Shown in pieces: positions 45,348 through 56,400 of a stretch of 64,000 bases of DNA. Source of the stretch: Bacteroidales bacterium (GTDB taxonomy: Bacteria > Bacteroidota > Bacteroidia > Bacteroidales > GCA-2748055). Where the stretch lies: assembly GCA_020636775.1 (NCBI GenBank), contig JACJXF010000002.1, positions 3,747 to 67,746 on the forward strand, in the 5' to 3' direction. Position 1 is the first letter of the stretch. The number at the start of each line of letters is the position of its first letter. Position numbers and translations under genes: made by a program. The notes under the pieces were generated by a model. It did not search any database. It was not told the origin of the DNA and was given only the letters and a program-made list of their open reading frames with translations.

Positions 45348-47981
45348 ATGGATGAATTGGCTGCCATAAAAAAAACTGAGCTATTGTTCGAACAAACTGA
45401 AGAAAAAACTGGAGAAAACCAGTTAAAAAGTAATTCCCAGGAAAAAACATACACTCATGATGAAGCCTTTCAGGAATCTCTCCGCTATTTTAAAGGAGAT
45501 GAACTTGCAGCCAAAGTCTGGGTGAATAAATATGCCCTGAAGGATTCATATGGTGCACTGTATGAAAAATCACCCGATGACATGCACCACCGCATCGCCA
45601 ATGAAATTGCAAGAATAGAAGCCCGCTATCCCAACCCGCTCCCGGCAAATGAAATTTACGCACTGCTTAAGGATTTTAAATATATAGTTCCTCAGGGTTC
45701 TCCTATGACAGGGATTGGTAATAATTTCCAGATTGCTTCCCTTTCAAACTGCTTTGTCATTGGTCATGATGGTCCATCTGATTCCTATGGCGGCATCATG
45801 AAGATCGATCAGGAGCAGGTGCAGCTTATGAAAAGACGCGGGGGTGTCGGACATGACCTCTCCCATATTCGTCCTTCCGGAAGTCCGGTTCTTAATTCAG
45901 CCCTTACATCAACGGGTGTGGTTCCTTTTATGGAGCGTTACTCCAATTCAACCCGTGAGGTAGCCCAGGATGGTCGCCGTGGAGCACTCATGCTTAGTAT
46001 TTCTGTAAAACATCCTGATGCAGAACATTTTATTGATGCAAAACTGGAATCGGGAAAAGTAACAGGCGCCAATGTATCAGTTCGCATCAGCGACGAATTT
46101 ATGGAGGCAGTTGTTAACAACACCAGCTTTATCCAGAAATACCCGATCGACTCCGATAAACCGGTTTTTACCAAGGAAATTGATGCCAGGAAACTCTGGA
46201 ATAAAATCGTACATAATGCCTGGAAATCAGCTGAACCGGGAATACTTTTCTGGGATACGATTTCACGCGAATCGGTCGCCGATTGCTATGCTGACCTGGG
46301 ATATAAAACTGTTTCAACCAATCCATGCGGAGAGATTCCCCTTTGTCCCTACGATAGTTGCAGACTGCTGGCAATTAACCTGTACAGCTACGTTGAAAAT
46401 CCTTTTACACCTCAGGCCCGCTTCGATTTCAGCCTTTTCAAAAAGCACGTGGGAATCGCTCAGAGAATGATGGATGATATCATTGATCTGGAAATTGAAA
46501 AAATTGATGCCATTATTGCAAAAATCGACAATGATCCCGAAGACATGGAGATCAAAGGCGTGGAGAAACGTCTCTGGGATAAAATTAAAATAAAGGCTAC
46601 TGAAGGCAGAAGAACCGGTGTAGGTATTACTGCTGAAGGTGATATGCTTGCCGCTCTTGGATTAATTTACGGCAGCGACAACGCCATAGATTTCTCTGTT
46701 GAAATTCATAAGACTATCGCTCTCGAAGCCTATCGTTCTTCAACAACCATGGCAAAGGAAAGAGGCGCGTTTGCCATATTCAATGCCCAGAGGGAGCAGG
46801 AAAATCCCTTTATCAACCGACTGAAGCAGGAAGACGAAGGTCTGTATGAGGATATGATGAAATACGGGAGAAGGAATATTTCCCTTCTTACCATTGCCCC
46901 AACCGGTACCACAAGTCTGATGACGCAGACTACCTCCGGTATTGAACCCGTTTTCCTTCCCTATTACCAGAGGAGAAGAAAGGTGAATCCAAATGATAAG
47001 GATACCAATATAAGTTTTGTGGACGAGGTTGGCGACAGCTGGGAGCAATATAACGTACTCCATCACAAATTCATTACCTGGCTGGAAGTTAATGGCTATG
47101 ATCCGAAAGAGGTTATGTCGTGGGAAGATGAGAAAGTACAGGAAGTAGTTGCAAAATCCCCCTATTACAAAGCCACTTCAAATGATGTCGACTGGATGGC
47201 AAAAGTTAACATGCAAGGCCAGATTCAGAAATGGGTGGATCATTCCATATCTGTAACTATTAACCTGCCTAACGATGTAAAAGAAGAGCTGGTTGATGAG
47301 CTGTATGTAAAAGCCTGGAGAAGCGGTTGCAAAGGAGTTACTGTTTATCGCGATGGCTCACGTTCCGGAGTGCTTATCTCCAACGATGAAAAGAAAAAGA
47401 AGACTGATGCCAGCGAAGAGAATGTTGAAAACGTTCGTCCAAAAAGGCCAAAAGAACTTGACGCAGAAATTATCCGTTTCACCCACAATAACGAGAAGTG
47501 GATAGCCTTTATCGGTATCAAGGATGACAGACCTTATGAGATTTTTACCGGACGTCAGGATGATGAAATGTTCCCCATCCCTAAAAGTATTACCAAAGGC
47601 AAAATTATTAAGAATGTTGGTGAGGATAAGAAACCCCGCTATGACTTTGAGTATACCGACAAATTCGGATACAGAAATACAAACGGAGGTCTTTCTCACC
47701 AGTTTAACAAGGAATACTGGAATTACGCCAAACTAATCTCAGGAGTGCTCCGCCATGGAATGCCTATTGCTGATGTGGTGGACCTGATCGGATCTCTCCG
47801 TCTCGATAATGATGCCATTAATACCTGGACTGCCGGTGTGGAAAGAGCACTGCGCAAATATATTCCCAACGGAACAAAGGTAAAAGGCGTGCATAAATGC
47901 AGCGATTGTAATTCACAATCCCTTATTTACCAGGAGGGTTGCCTGATATGTACATCCTGCGGATCTTCCAAATGTGGATGA
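45348..47981 (+). CDS. nrdJ: class II (adenosylcobalamin-dependent) ribonucleotide reductase
   Basis: TNPCGEIPL is the thiyl-radical Cys loop. The N-terminus YFKGDELAAKVWVNKYALKD is typical, and the C-terminus is a Cys-rich zinc ribbon (CSDCNS...CLICTSCG). I placed the start at the ATG at 45348, but the track's TTG at 45288 remains possible. Confidence 0.8.
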   Translation: MDELAAIKKTELLFEQTEEKTGENQLKSNSQEKTYTHDEAFQESLRYFKGDELAAKVWVNKYALKDSYGALYEKSPDDMHHRIANEIARIEARYPNPLPANEIYALLKDFKYIVPQGSPMTGIGNNFQIASLSNCFVIGHDGPSDSYGGIMKIDQEQVQLMKRRGGVGHDLSHIRPSGSPVLNSALTSTGVVPFMERYSNSTREVAQDGRRGALMLSISVKHPDAEHFIDAKLESGKVTGANVSVRISDEFMEAVVNNTSFIQKYPIDSDKPVFTKEIDARKLWNKIVHNAWKSAEPGILFWDTISRESVADCYADLGYKTVSTNPCGEIPLCPYDSCRLLAINLYSYVENPFTPQARFDFSLFKKHVGIAQRMMDDIIDLEIEKIDAIIAKIDNDPEDMEIKGVEKRLWDKIKIKATEGRRTGVGITAEGDMLAALGLIYGSDNAIDFSVEIHKTIALEAYRSSTTMAKERGAFAIFNAQREQENPFINRLKQEDEGLYEDMMKYGRRNISLLTIAPTGTTSLMTQTTSGIEPVFLPYYQRRRKVNPNDKDTNISFVDEVGDSWEQYNVLHHKFITWLEVNGYDPKEVMSWEDEKVQEVVAKSPYYKATSNDVDWMAKVNMQGQIQKWVDHSISVTINLPNDVKEELVDELYVKAWRSGCKGVTVYRDGSRSGVLISNDEKKKKTDASEENVENVRPKRPKELDAEIIRFTHNNEKWIAFIGIKDDRPYEIFTGRQDDEMFPIPKSITKGKIIKNVGEDKKPRYDFEYTDKFGYRNTNGGLSHQFNKEYWNYAKLISGVLRHGMPIADVVDLIGSLRLDNDAINTWTAGVERALRKYIPNGTKVKGVHKCSDCNSQSLIYQEGCLICTSCGSSKCG

Positions 47982-48006
47982 TATCAGAGAGGGGATAAAA
48001 TAAAAT

Positions 48007-48040
48007 GCCTGCGGTTTATAATAATCGCAGGCTTTTTTTT
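48007..48040 (+). terminator. rho-independent terminator after nrdJ
   Basis: The stem is GCCTGCG (48007-48013) paired with CGCAGGC (48026-48032), followed by T8. Confidence 0.8.
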
Positions 48041-48050
48041 GTGAGCGAAA

Positions 48051-48209
48051 AGAGTTCAACTTCGCTGAAGCTTCGTTGAACAGAGCTCAACTTCGCTAAA
48101 GCTTCGTTGAACGGGGCTCAACTTCGCTGAAGCTTCGTTGAACGGGGCTCAACTTCGCTGAAGCTTCGTTGAACAGAGCTCAACTTCGCTGAAGCTTCGT
48201 TGAACAGAG
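48051..48209. repeat. 31-bp direct tandem repeat, 5 units plus a partial sixth
   Basis: Units start at 48051, 48082, 48113, 48144 and 48175. The consensus is RGRGCTCAACTTCGCTGAAGCTTCGTTGAAC. The array differs from the consensus at only three places: the first four bases of each unit (AGAG or GGGG), a T at 48055 in unit 1 where the other units have C, and an A at 48098 in unit 2 where the others have G. Each unit contains the palindrome GAAGCTTC, and GAGCTC sits near the 5' end of units 2-5. Confidence 0.9.
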
Positions 48210-48339
48210 TATCGGCAGGAAACAGCCTTTCTATTCATCTCACAGACTTGGCATATTAAACTCTTTCCATTATATTTACCCTCAGACTAAAACCTATTTC
48301 ATACCCGCATGTCGGGATGATGTAAATTCCTTCTAACTA

Positions 48340-50391
48340 ATGAAAATCCAAAGAAACGCACACCTTCTCTTCCTGTTATTTTTTCTTTCATTTTCTCTCC
48401 AGAAAATATCCGCTCAATGTTATGAGCTGGTTTGGTCTGAAGAATTTGAATATACGGGTTATCCCGATCCTGCCGTATGGAATATGGAAGTGGGAAATAA
48501 TAACGGGGCCAATTCAGAAGCGCAGTACTATACCAAAAATGATTCTGATAATTGCTATGTCAGCGACGGACGACTCCTTATCACAGCCCTCAAAGAAAAC
48601 CTAGGGGGACAGGCATACACTTCCGCCCGCATCAATACAAAGGGCCGTTTTGATGTTCAATATGGGAAAGTTGAAGGGAGAATGAAACTTCCCTACGGAC
48701 AAGGAATCTGGCCTGCATTCTGGATGCTCGGAGCAAATATCAGTCAGGTAAGCTGGCCTGCATGCGGGGAAATCGATATTATGGAATTAATCGGGGGAAC
48801 CGGCTATAATGACAGAACCACCTACGGTACACCACATTTTTCCAATGCCAGCGGGGCACACGGACAGGGAGGTTCACATATTTCCCTGCCTAGCGGGCGA
48901 TTTGCTGATGATTATCATGTTTTTTCCATTGAATGGACACCGCAAAAAATCGTTTGGTTCCTTGATGGTACCCAGTTCTATTCATTCGGTATCACACCAA
49001 GCTATTTAAGCGAATTTCACCAGAAATTCTTTATCATTTTAAACCTTGCTGTCGGGGGCACCTGGCCCGGATATCCTGATGCATCCACAGTCTTTCCGCA
49101 GAAATTTGAAGTCGATTATGTAAGGGTATACAAACAGGTAGATACTGAGACAATAAGCGGCAAGGAAAAGGTTTTATCCCGGGAGAAAGAACTTTCCTAC
49201 AGCCTGAGTTCGGCTGAGGGCAGACAATTTCTCTGGTCCGTTCCCGATGGAGCCACCATCCTGAGCAGGGCTGATTCCAATGCTGTTGTTGTAAACTGGG
49301 GTTGTGATCCCGGTGAAATCGTTTGCGATATTACCACAAGTTGCGGAACCTCTGTTAAAATGACAAAGGCTGTCAGTGTTGCTGAGCCTGTTATTGAAGG
49401 ACCGGTATTTTTCGATAAGGCTGCCGGTAACCTGATTTTTTCCGTTCCCGCGATGGACGAAACTACCTATAAATGGGAAATACCTGAAGGGGCTTCCTTT
49501 GTCACAGGCGACACAGCTGCCAGTGCCGAGGTGGTATGGGGAGATGCTCCAGGAACCGTGAAGCTTTCGATTGACAACAATTGCGGAATTACCAGTCTGG
49601 AGAAAAAAATATATAAATACGGTCAGTACCCATACCCTGACCCGGATTCTCCGCACATAATTCCGGGAACCATCAATTCCACCGACTTTGATTACGGAGG
49701 TGAAGGAGTGGCCTACCACGACAATGACGTTGCCAATCAGGGAACAGGACCCAGAAAGGATGAAAGGGTGGATACGGAAAATCAGCCGACTTTTTCAAAT
49801 GTTGGCTGGGTGACAAATGGCGAATGGCTCAGCTATACCATAAAGGTACCCACAGCCGGATTTTATAAGATTGAGGTTCAGACAGCCTCCAATAATACCG
49901 CCAATATTGGTCCTTTGCGCATTCTCGTAAATGGCGAAAGTAGGGTGGCAGATATCCCAGTTCCCCCTACAGCCTCATGGTCAAAATTTGTAACCATATC
50001 CCAGCGATTGCTGGAGTTACATGAGACAGATACAGTACTAAGCCTGATGGCAGTTAATGGAGGTTTTAATATTGGTCCCATCACCCTGAGTCCGGATAAT
50101 ACCGTTTCAGTTAAGGAATACCGGGCAGGCAGCGGGAAGATATCAGCCTTTCCAAACCCTGTTGCCGATGAATTGCATCTGAGGTTTTATCTTTCTGAAC
50201 CGGATGATATCAAAATATATCTCATGGATATTTCGGGTAAGCAATTATTTTCTTTTCTTTATGAAAATATACAATCAGGGGGGCAGGAGCTCAGCTTACC
50301 AGGCGATATTGCCGGTCTGAAATCAGGAATGTACTTTATTAAAATTGAAGCTGGCGGAGAAACTAATTTTTGCAGATTTATTAAAGAATAA
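48340..50391 (+). CDS. secreted GH16 beta-glucanase (laminarinase-like) with two tandem beta-sandwich repeats, a CBM6-like module and a T9SS C-terminal sorting domain
   Basis: It has a signal peptide. The GH16 catalytic motif GEIDIMELIG (ExDxxE) is accompanied by WPAFWMLG. Two ~85-aa repeats follow (LWSVPDGATI... and KWEIPEGASF...). The CBM6-like block reads FDYGGEGVAYHDND...GEWLSYTI. The C-terminal ~80 aa (FPNPVADELHL...GMYFIKIE) match the type-A CTD pattern. Confidence 0.8.
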   Translation: MKIQRNAHLLFLLFFLSFSLQKISAQCYELVWSEEFEYTGYPDPAVWNMEVGNNNGANSEAQYYTKNDSDNCYVSDGRLLITALKENLGGQAYTSARINTKGRFDVQYGKVEGRMKLPYGQGIWPAFWMLGANISQVSWPACGEIDIMELIGGTGYNDRTTYGTPHFSNASGAHGQGGSHISLPSGRFADDYHVFSIEWTPQKIVWFLDGTQFYSFGITPSYLSEFHQKFFIILNLAVGGTWPGYPDASTVFPQKFEVDYVRVYKQVDTETISGKEKVLSREKELSYSLSSAEGRQFLWSVPDGATILSRADSNAVVVNWGCDPGEIVCDITTSCGTSVKMTKAVSVAEPVIEGPVFFDKAAGNLIFSVPAMDETTYKWEIPEGASFVTGDTAASAEVVWGDAPGTVKLSIDNNCGITSLEKKIYKYGQYPYPDPDSPHIIPGTINSTDFDYGGEGVAYHDNDVANQGTGPRKDERVDTENQPTFSNVGWVTNGEWLSYTIKVPTAGFYKIEVQTASNNTANIGPLRILVNGESRVADIPVPPTASWSKFVTISQRLLELHETDTVLSLMAVNGGFNIGPITLSPDNTVSVKEYRAGSGKISAFPNPVADELHLRFYLSEPDDIKIYLMDISGKQLFSFLYENIQSGGQELSLPGDIAGLKSGMYFIKIEAGGETNFCRFIKE

Positions 50392-50410
50392 CCTCTCATA
50401 CTAAACTAAC

Positions 50411-51982
50411 ATGAAAACCAGTAAACTGTATTCAATCGTCATTTCACTTATTGTTGCCCTGGGTGGATTTCTTCTGGGGTTTGACAGTGCAGTAATTTCA
50501 GGAGCCACCCCGTTTTATAAAGTTTCTTTTAATCTGGATACGGGTTCCTGGCTGATTGGCTTTTCCGTAGGTTCCATAATTCTGGGAGCAATTCTGGGTA
50601 ATATTATTGCCGGAAAACTGGCCGACCGCTACGGCAGGAAGAAAATTCTAATCTTTACTGCTGCATTATTTGCCTATTGTGCTGCAGGAACAGCCTTGTC
50701 GCACAATGTAATTTTCTTTATTTCTGCCAGAATCGTTGGTGGTGTGGGAGTTGGAATGGCTATTCTTATTGCGCCAATGTACATTGCTGAGATTGCTCCC
50801 AGGAAACTTCGCGGAACACTGGTTACCTTTAACCAGTTGAATATCGTACTGGGTATATCCATTGCCTATTTCTCCAATTATTTCATACAGCAAAACATTA
50901 TTGATCCTGACTTGAAATGGAGATGGATGCTTGGAGTAGGACTTATTCCGGCTGTCCTCTATTTTGTTACCCTTTTCTTTGTGCCAAGAAGTCCACGCTG
51001 GCTGATGCAAAAAGCTCTCATCGATGAGGCTCTTGTGGTTCTTAAAAAGGTAAATGGTGAAGAGGTTGCCCAACAGGAATTTAAGGAAATAAAAGCCAGT
51101 CTTAACAAGGATATAAATTCTGAAAAAGCAAGCTTCAGGGAAGTTCTGTCGAAGAAAATGAAAACAGTTCTTATCATTGGACTTGGAATTGCATTTTTCC
51201 AGCAAATAACAGGTATAAACGCCATCTTTTATTATGCTCCCATGATTTTCGAAATGGCCGGGGGAGGCAAAGATGCTGCCTTTATGCAGGCAATTATTAT
51301 TGGTCTTACCAATGTGGTAATGACCATTGTGGCCATGTTTCTTATCGACAGACTTGGACGTAAGCCCCTGCTTATCATTGGCGCTATCGGGATTACATTT
51401 TCACTTTTTATTACAGGTTTCTCTTTTGGGAATGCAAAATATACTCTTGATGATAAGGCCCTGGAGCAGATCAAAACCGAAATCGGAACCACCATTCATC
51501 CTGATAAAGCCCAGACTGTTTACGATGATCTTGGCAAACTCAAAGGAAAGGTCTACAAAGGTGAAGTCATCTTTTTTGAAGAGGTAAAGGCCGAAATCGG
51601 TCAGGAAAATTATAATCTCTACAAGGAACTTATTCTCAAATACAGTATTAATATTAAATCAATCTGGGTATTGGTTGGACTTATCATGTATGTTGCCTCC
51701 TTTGCGATCTCCCTGGGACCAGTTATGTGGGCGCTGCTTTCTGAAATCTTCCCGAACAAACTGCGGGGTCTGGCTATTTCCATTGTGGGATTCTGGAATT
51801 CAATAGTAAGCTTTTCTGTGGCATCTGTTTTCCCAATGGAGCTGGAGCACCTGGGCTCAGCCACCACCTTTTACCTGTTTGCAGGATTCGGATTCCTAAC
51901 CCTGCTGTTTGTGTTGAAATTTGTTCCGGAGACAAAAGGAAAATCCCTGGAGGAAATTGAAAGTCTTCTGGTTGGGAAATAA
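50411..51982 (+). CDS. MFS sugar-porter family transporter
   Basis: GFDSAVISGA, DRYGRKK, VPRSPRWL and PETKGKSLEEIE are present. Length is 523 aa because of an extra ~75-aa segment between TM9 and TM10. Confidence 0.85.
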   Translation: MKTSKLYSIVISLIVALGGFLLGFDSAVISGATPFYKVSFNLDTGSWLIGFSVGSIILGAILGNIIAGKLADRYGRKKILIFTAALFAYCAAGTALSHNVIFFISARIVGGVGVGMAILIAPMYIAEIAPRKLRGTLVTFNQLNIVLGISIAYFSNYFIQQNIIDPDLKWRWMLGVGLIPAVLYFVTLFFVPRSPRWLMQKALIDEALVVLKKVNGEEVAQQEFKEIKASLNKDINSEKASFREVLSKKMKTVLIIGLGIAFFQQITGINAIFYYAPMIFEMAGGGKDAAFMQAIIIGLTNVVMTIVAMFLIDRLGRKPLLIIGAIGITFSLFITGFSFGNAKYTLDDKALEQIKTEIGTTIHPDKAQTVYDDLGKLKGKVYKGEVIFFEEVKAEIGQENYNLYKELILKYSINIKSIWVLVGLIMYVASFAISLGPVMWALLSEIFPNKLRGLAISIVGFWNSIVSFSVASVFPMELEHLGSATTFYLFAGFGFLTLLFVLKFVPETKGKSLEEIESLLVGK

Positions 51983-52069
51983 GCGGAATTATACAATACA
52001 GAGGTGAAAAGCAGGATAATTTCTGTTGAAACTAATAAGTAAATATTAATATAACTCAAATATTTTCGA

Positions 52070-53380
52070 ATGAAATTTAAAATAACATCAGTTCTGATCA
52101 TTGCAGGAATATTCATTACTTCCTGTACTATGCAATCTGAAAAATCAAAATTGAACTCAGTTTCGAAAGTTGAGCTTAAGACTATCGATGGAAAGAGTCG
52201 CTTATACGTGAACGGTCAGGAGTTTTTTGTGAAGGGGGGAGGTCTTGAATTTGGAGACATTGAATCACTGGCCAGTCATGGAGCAAATGCCATGCGCACA
52301 TGGAGGGTAGATAACGGACAAAGATCGGCTAAGGAAATACTGGATGAAGCTCAGAAAAACGGGCTCATGGTTATGATGGGACTTGATCTTGGCCGTGAAA
52401 GGCAGGGATTCGATTACAACGATTCTTTGCTGGTTGCACAGCAATTCGAAACAATTAAGACGGATGTTATTGCTCTGAAAGATCACCCGGCTCTCTTAGG
52501 CTGGGGAATTGGAAATGAGCTCAACCTCAGGGCTACCAACAAGAAAGTCTGGGACGCCGTGCAGGGAGTTGCAGCCATGATTCATGAAGTGGACGGAAAT
52601 CATCCCGCCACAACCATGCTCTCCGGGATTAATAAATCGGATGTGGATTACATTAAAGAGAATTGTCCGGATCTGGATTTTCTCTGTGTGCAGATGTACG
52701 GAGATATTGTAAACCTTCCGCAGCGATTAAGCGATGCAGGTTATAAGGGTCCTTATCTTGTTACAGAATGGGGTGCCACAGGTCATTGGGAAGTGGCTAA
52801 GACCAGCTGGGATGCTCCGATTGAACAAACTTCAACAGAAAAAGCTGCTGCTATTGCTGAAAGGTATGAAAAGGCTATTTTGGCCGACACAAATAATTGC
52901 ATGGGTTCTTTTGTATTCCTCTGGGGACAAAAGCAGGAAAGAACACCTACCTGGTATGGACTGTTTACCGAGAACAACGAAGAAACTGAAGCGGTTGATC
53001 AGATGCATTATTTCTGGAAGGGAACCTGGCCTGTTAATCGCTGTCCGACCATTATATCAGCCAGCATGAACGGGAAAACACGTTTCGATAATATTACGCT
53101 TATACCAGGAAATGAGTATGTATCCGTTATCCAGGCACTGGATCCCGACAACGACAGTCTTTATGTTCGCACAGAGATCCTGCATGAAAGTACAGACCTT
53201 AAGGATGGAGGTGATTTTGAAACCCGTCCCGAAGCCCTGAACGAACTGGTAAAGGAAGCCAGCAGCAGCAGAGTAGTGTTCAATGCTCCTGAGAAGAAAG
53301 GACCCTACCGCTTGTTTATCTATATACTTGATGGCAAAAACCACGCTGCAACAGTTAACTTTCCCTTTATGGTCAGGTAG
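52070..53380 (+). CDS. lipoprotein glycoside hydrolase, clan GH-A TIM barrel plus C-terminal Ig-like domain (GH158-like endo-beta-1,3-glucanase candidate)
   Basis: The lipobox is FITSC. GWGIGNEL is the NE acid/base candidate and YLVTEWG is the nucleophile candidate. A C-terminal ~100-aa beta-rich domain follows. The family guess rests on size, architecture and context only. Confidence 0.45.
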   Translation: MKFKITSVLIIAGIFITSCTMQSEKSKLNSVSKVELKTIDGKSRLYVNGQEFFVKGGGLEFGDIESLASHGANAMRTWRVDNGQRSAKEILDEAQKNGLMVMMGLDLGRERQGFDYNDSLLVAQQFETIKTDVIALKDHPALLGWGIGNELNLRATNKKVWDAVQGVAAMIHEVDGNHPATTMLSGINKSDVDYIKENCPDLDFLCVQMYGDIVNLPQRLSDAGYKGPYLVTEWGATGHWEVAKTSWDAPIEQTSTEKAAAIAERYEKAILADTNNCMGSFVFLWGQKQERTPTWYGLFTENNEETEAVDQMHYFWKGTWPVNRCPTIISASMNGKTRFDNITLIPGNEYVSVIQALDPDNDSLYVRTEILHESTDLKDGGDFETRPEALNELVKEASSSRVVFNAPEKKGPYRLFIYILDGKNHAATVNFPFMVR

Positions 53381-53453
53381 AAATTGCTCATCATTTTCAT
53401 TTCTGCCGTCGGGGACTGAGGATTTATTAATTGATTAAATTTGAATTGTCAGA

Positions 53454-56400
53454 ATGGAAAAAGCCCAAATATTTCTAGGCAAAACAGCTATGAAAGAAGC
53501 CTCCGGCGAAATCTCTCCGGAGATTGTAAGGCTGTGGGATGAAGATTTTTATTGCATCCGTAATTTCGACCGGATGCCTCCCTTTTTCATGAGCATAGTG
53601 AGTAATTCTGACCATTGGATGTATATTTCCAGTCGCGGTGGGCTTACGGCCGGCCGCATTAATCCTGATAATGCTCTCTTCCCGTATTATACCGATGATA
53701 AAATTCACGATTCATCAGAGAACACGGGCAGCAGAACCCTCGTCTTGTGTGCCGGAAAAGAAGACCGACACTATTTGTGGGAGCCTTTTTCTTCAACATA
53801 TAAAGGAGTCTACAGCCTGAGTCGTAATCTTTATAAAAACATTCCGGGGAATAAAATAATTTTTGAAGAAATAAATCATGATCTGAACCTGAGTTTTCGG
53901 TATGCATGGATGAACTCCGACAAGTATGGATGGGTCAGGAAATCCGAAATAATAAACAACTCGGAGGAGAATCAGCATGTTCAGGTTCTCGATGGATTGT
54001 TAAACATGCTTCCCTATGGCATTCTGCGCCAGACCCAGGCCAATTTTTCCACATTAATGGATGCCTATAAAAAGTCAGAGCTTGTAAAGGAGTCTGGTCT
54101 TGCGCTGTTACGAATGTCCTCCATTCCAGTGGACCGTGCAGAACCCAGTGAAGCACTGCGGGCCACTTCGGTCTTTACCCTTGGTCTTAAAAATCCTGCA
54201 ATACTGCTTAGTTCATCACAGATCGATGATTTCCGTGAGGGAAAAACCCTGATGGAAGAAACCTCCAAAAGGGGTATACGGTGCGATTTCCTCCTTAATT
54301 TTAAACTTGATCTCACCAAGGGCAAAAACGCTGAATGGATTATAGTAGCTGAGACTAGGCAGGATGCATCTGATATCCGCAGCCTTATCAAAGAACTTAA
54401 GAATCCTGAAAAAGTATATCGGGACATTCTCGAAGATGTCGAGAGAGGTAGTGAAAACCTGCGGGAAATTGTCTCCAAAGGTGATGGCCTGCAGGAATGT
54501 GCCGATAGGCTGGTAAGCGGGAGACATTTTTCCAATGTGCTTTTCAATATCATGAGGGGAGGATTTTTCAGCGAGGCTTACAGTATTGACGTTTCCGATT
54601 TTCATCTCCACATGCTTCAATGGAATACCGAACAGGCAAAAAAACATGAAGGATGGATAAAGTCTTTAGGCGAAAAGACCGATTACCAGGTATTGCTTCA
54701 GAAAGCCAAGGAGAGCGGTGATGAAAACCTGCAACGTCTGGTTCTTGAATATCTTCCGATATCATTCAGCCGGCGCCATGGTGATCCCAGCCGCCCATGG
54801 AATATTTTTTCGATAAATCTCAAGAATCAGGATGGCAGTCCTGCCCTTTACTACCAGGGAAACTGGAGAGATATTTTCCAGAACTGGGAGGCCCTTGCCA
54901 TGTCCTATCCCCTTTTTGTAAAAAGCTTCATTACCAAATTCCTTAATGCATCCACTGCCGATGGATATAACCCATATCGTATCAGCAGGGAAGGCATCGA
55001 CTGGGAAGTACATGACCCTTCCGATCCCTGGTCAAACATTGGCTACTGGGGCGATCACCAGATAATCTATTTGCTTAAATTACTCGAGCTTTCTGAAAAA
55101 TTCTTCCCGGGAGAACTGAAGAAATGGTTCAATGATGAAATTTTTGTGTATGCCAATGTCCCCTATCGTATCAAAGCTTTCGAACAGGTTCTTAAAAATC
55201 CGCAGGACAGCATAATCTTTGATGAAGAACTTCACGCAAAACTCCTTGAAAAGGCAAAAAGCCTGGGGGCAGACGGGAAACTACTTTGCCTTGATAATGG
55301 TAATTTGTACAGGGTAAACCTGGTCGAAAAGCTGTTTGCCAGTATCCTCTCCAAACTCAGCAACTTTATACCCGGAGGAGGCATATGGATGAACACCCAG
55401 AGACCCGACTGGAACGATGCAAACAACGCCCTTACCGGTTTTGGAATTTCAATGGTAAGCCTGTACCATCTGCGCCGGCATCTTGAATTCCTGCTGAAAC
55501 TGTTTGCGACTGAAAAGAATACAGAATATGCAGTTTCTGCAGAAATGAATGATTTCTTAAAGGAAATAAATACATGTTTTGTAAACTTCAGCAAACATCT
55601 AGGTGGAGGAATTGATGACAGCAGGAGAAAAGAAATTACCTATCAGCTGGGAACGGCAGGGAGTCTTTTCAGGGAAAAGGTTTACAAGGGACTCTCAAGC
55701 AGGAAATCTCCACTTAAAAATTCAGAAATCCTTGATTTCCTGAAATTATCCCTTGAATTCATTGATGATACCATTACATCCAATAAAAGAAGCGACGGAT
55801 TATTCCATTCCTATAATCTCCTGAGTGTTAAGGAGGATAAAATTGTAATCCGAAATTTATATGAGATGCTCGAGGGACAGGTATCCTGTCTGGGTTCCGG
55901 ATATCTCAGTCCGGAAAAATCACTTGATTTGCTGGATGCTCTGAGAAAAAGTAAAATGTACAGGAAGGATCAGAATAGCTATACTTTGTACCCCGATCGC
56001 GAACTTCCGTTGTTCCTGGAGAAAAATAATATACCGGAAGCCCGGCTCAGGAATACCCCGGCTTTGAAGAAATTACTGGATAAAAATATCACTGAAATTG
56101 TTCAGAAAGATATAGACGGAAATATCCATTTCAATGCAGGTTTCAATAATGCCTCCGTCCTGAAATCTGCACTGATCAGCATAAAATCCAAATCCGGACT
56201 GAACGATAAGGAAGAGCAGGAGATTCTGGATTTGTATGAGGAGGTATTCGACCATCAGACTTTTACCGGTCGTTCCGGAACTTTTTATAAATACGAGGGA
56301 TTGGGCTGCATTTACTGGCATATGGTGTCCAAACTGCTGCTCAGCACCGGAGAAGTAATACAAAAGGCGATTAGCGGCGGAGCCAAAGAATCCACCATCA

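Noticed and set aside
48051-48209. Possible CRISPR array, since the 31-bp direct repeats are of CRISPR-like length
   Set aside because: The units are strictly contiguous with no spacers, and no cas genes lie nearby. It is a simple tandem repeat.
49174-49719. 181-aa minus-strand ORF. Similar long antisense ORFs are 50666..51205, 54065..54553, 56073..56525 and 57250..57642.
   Set aside because: All lie antisense within well-supported glycan-locus genes and have no signal, motif or independent start context.
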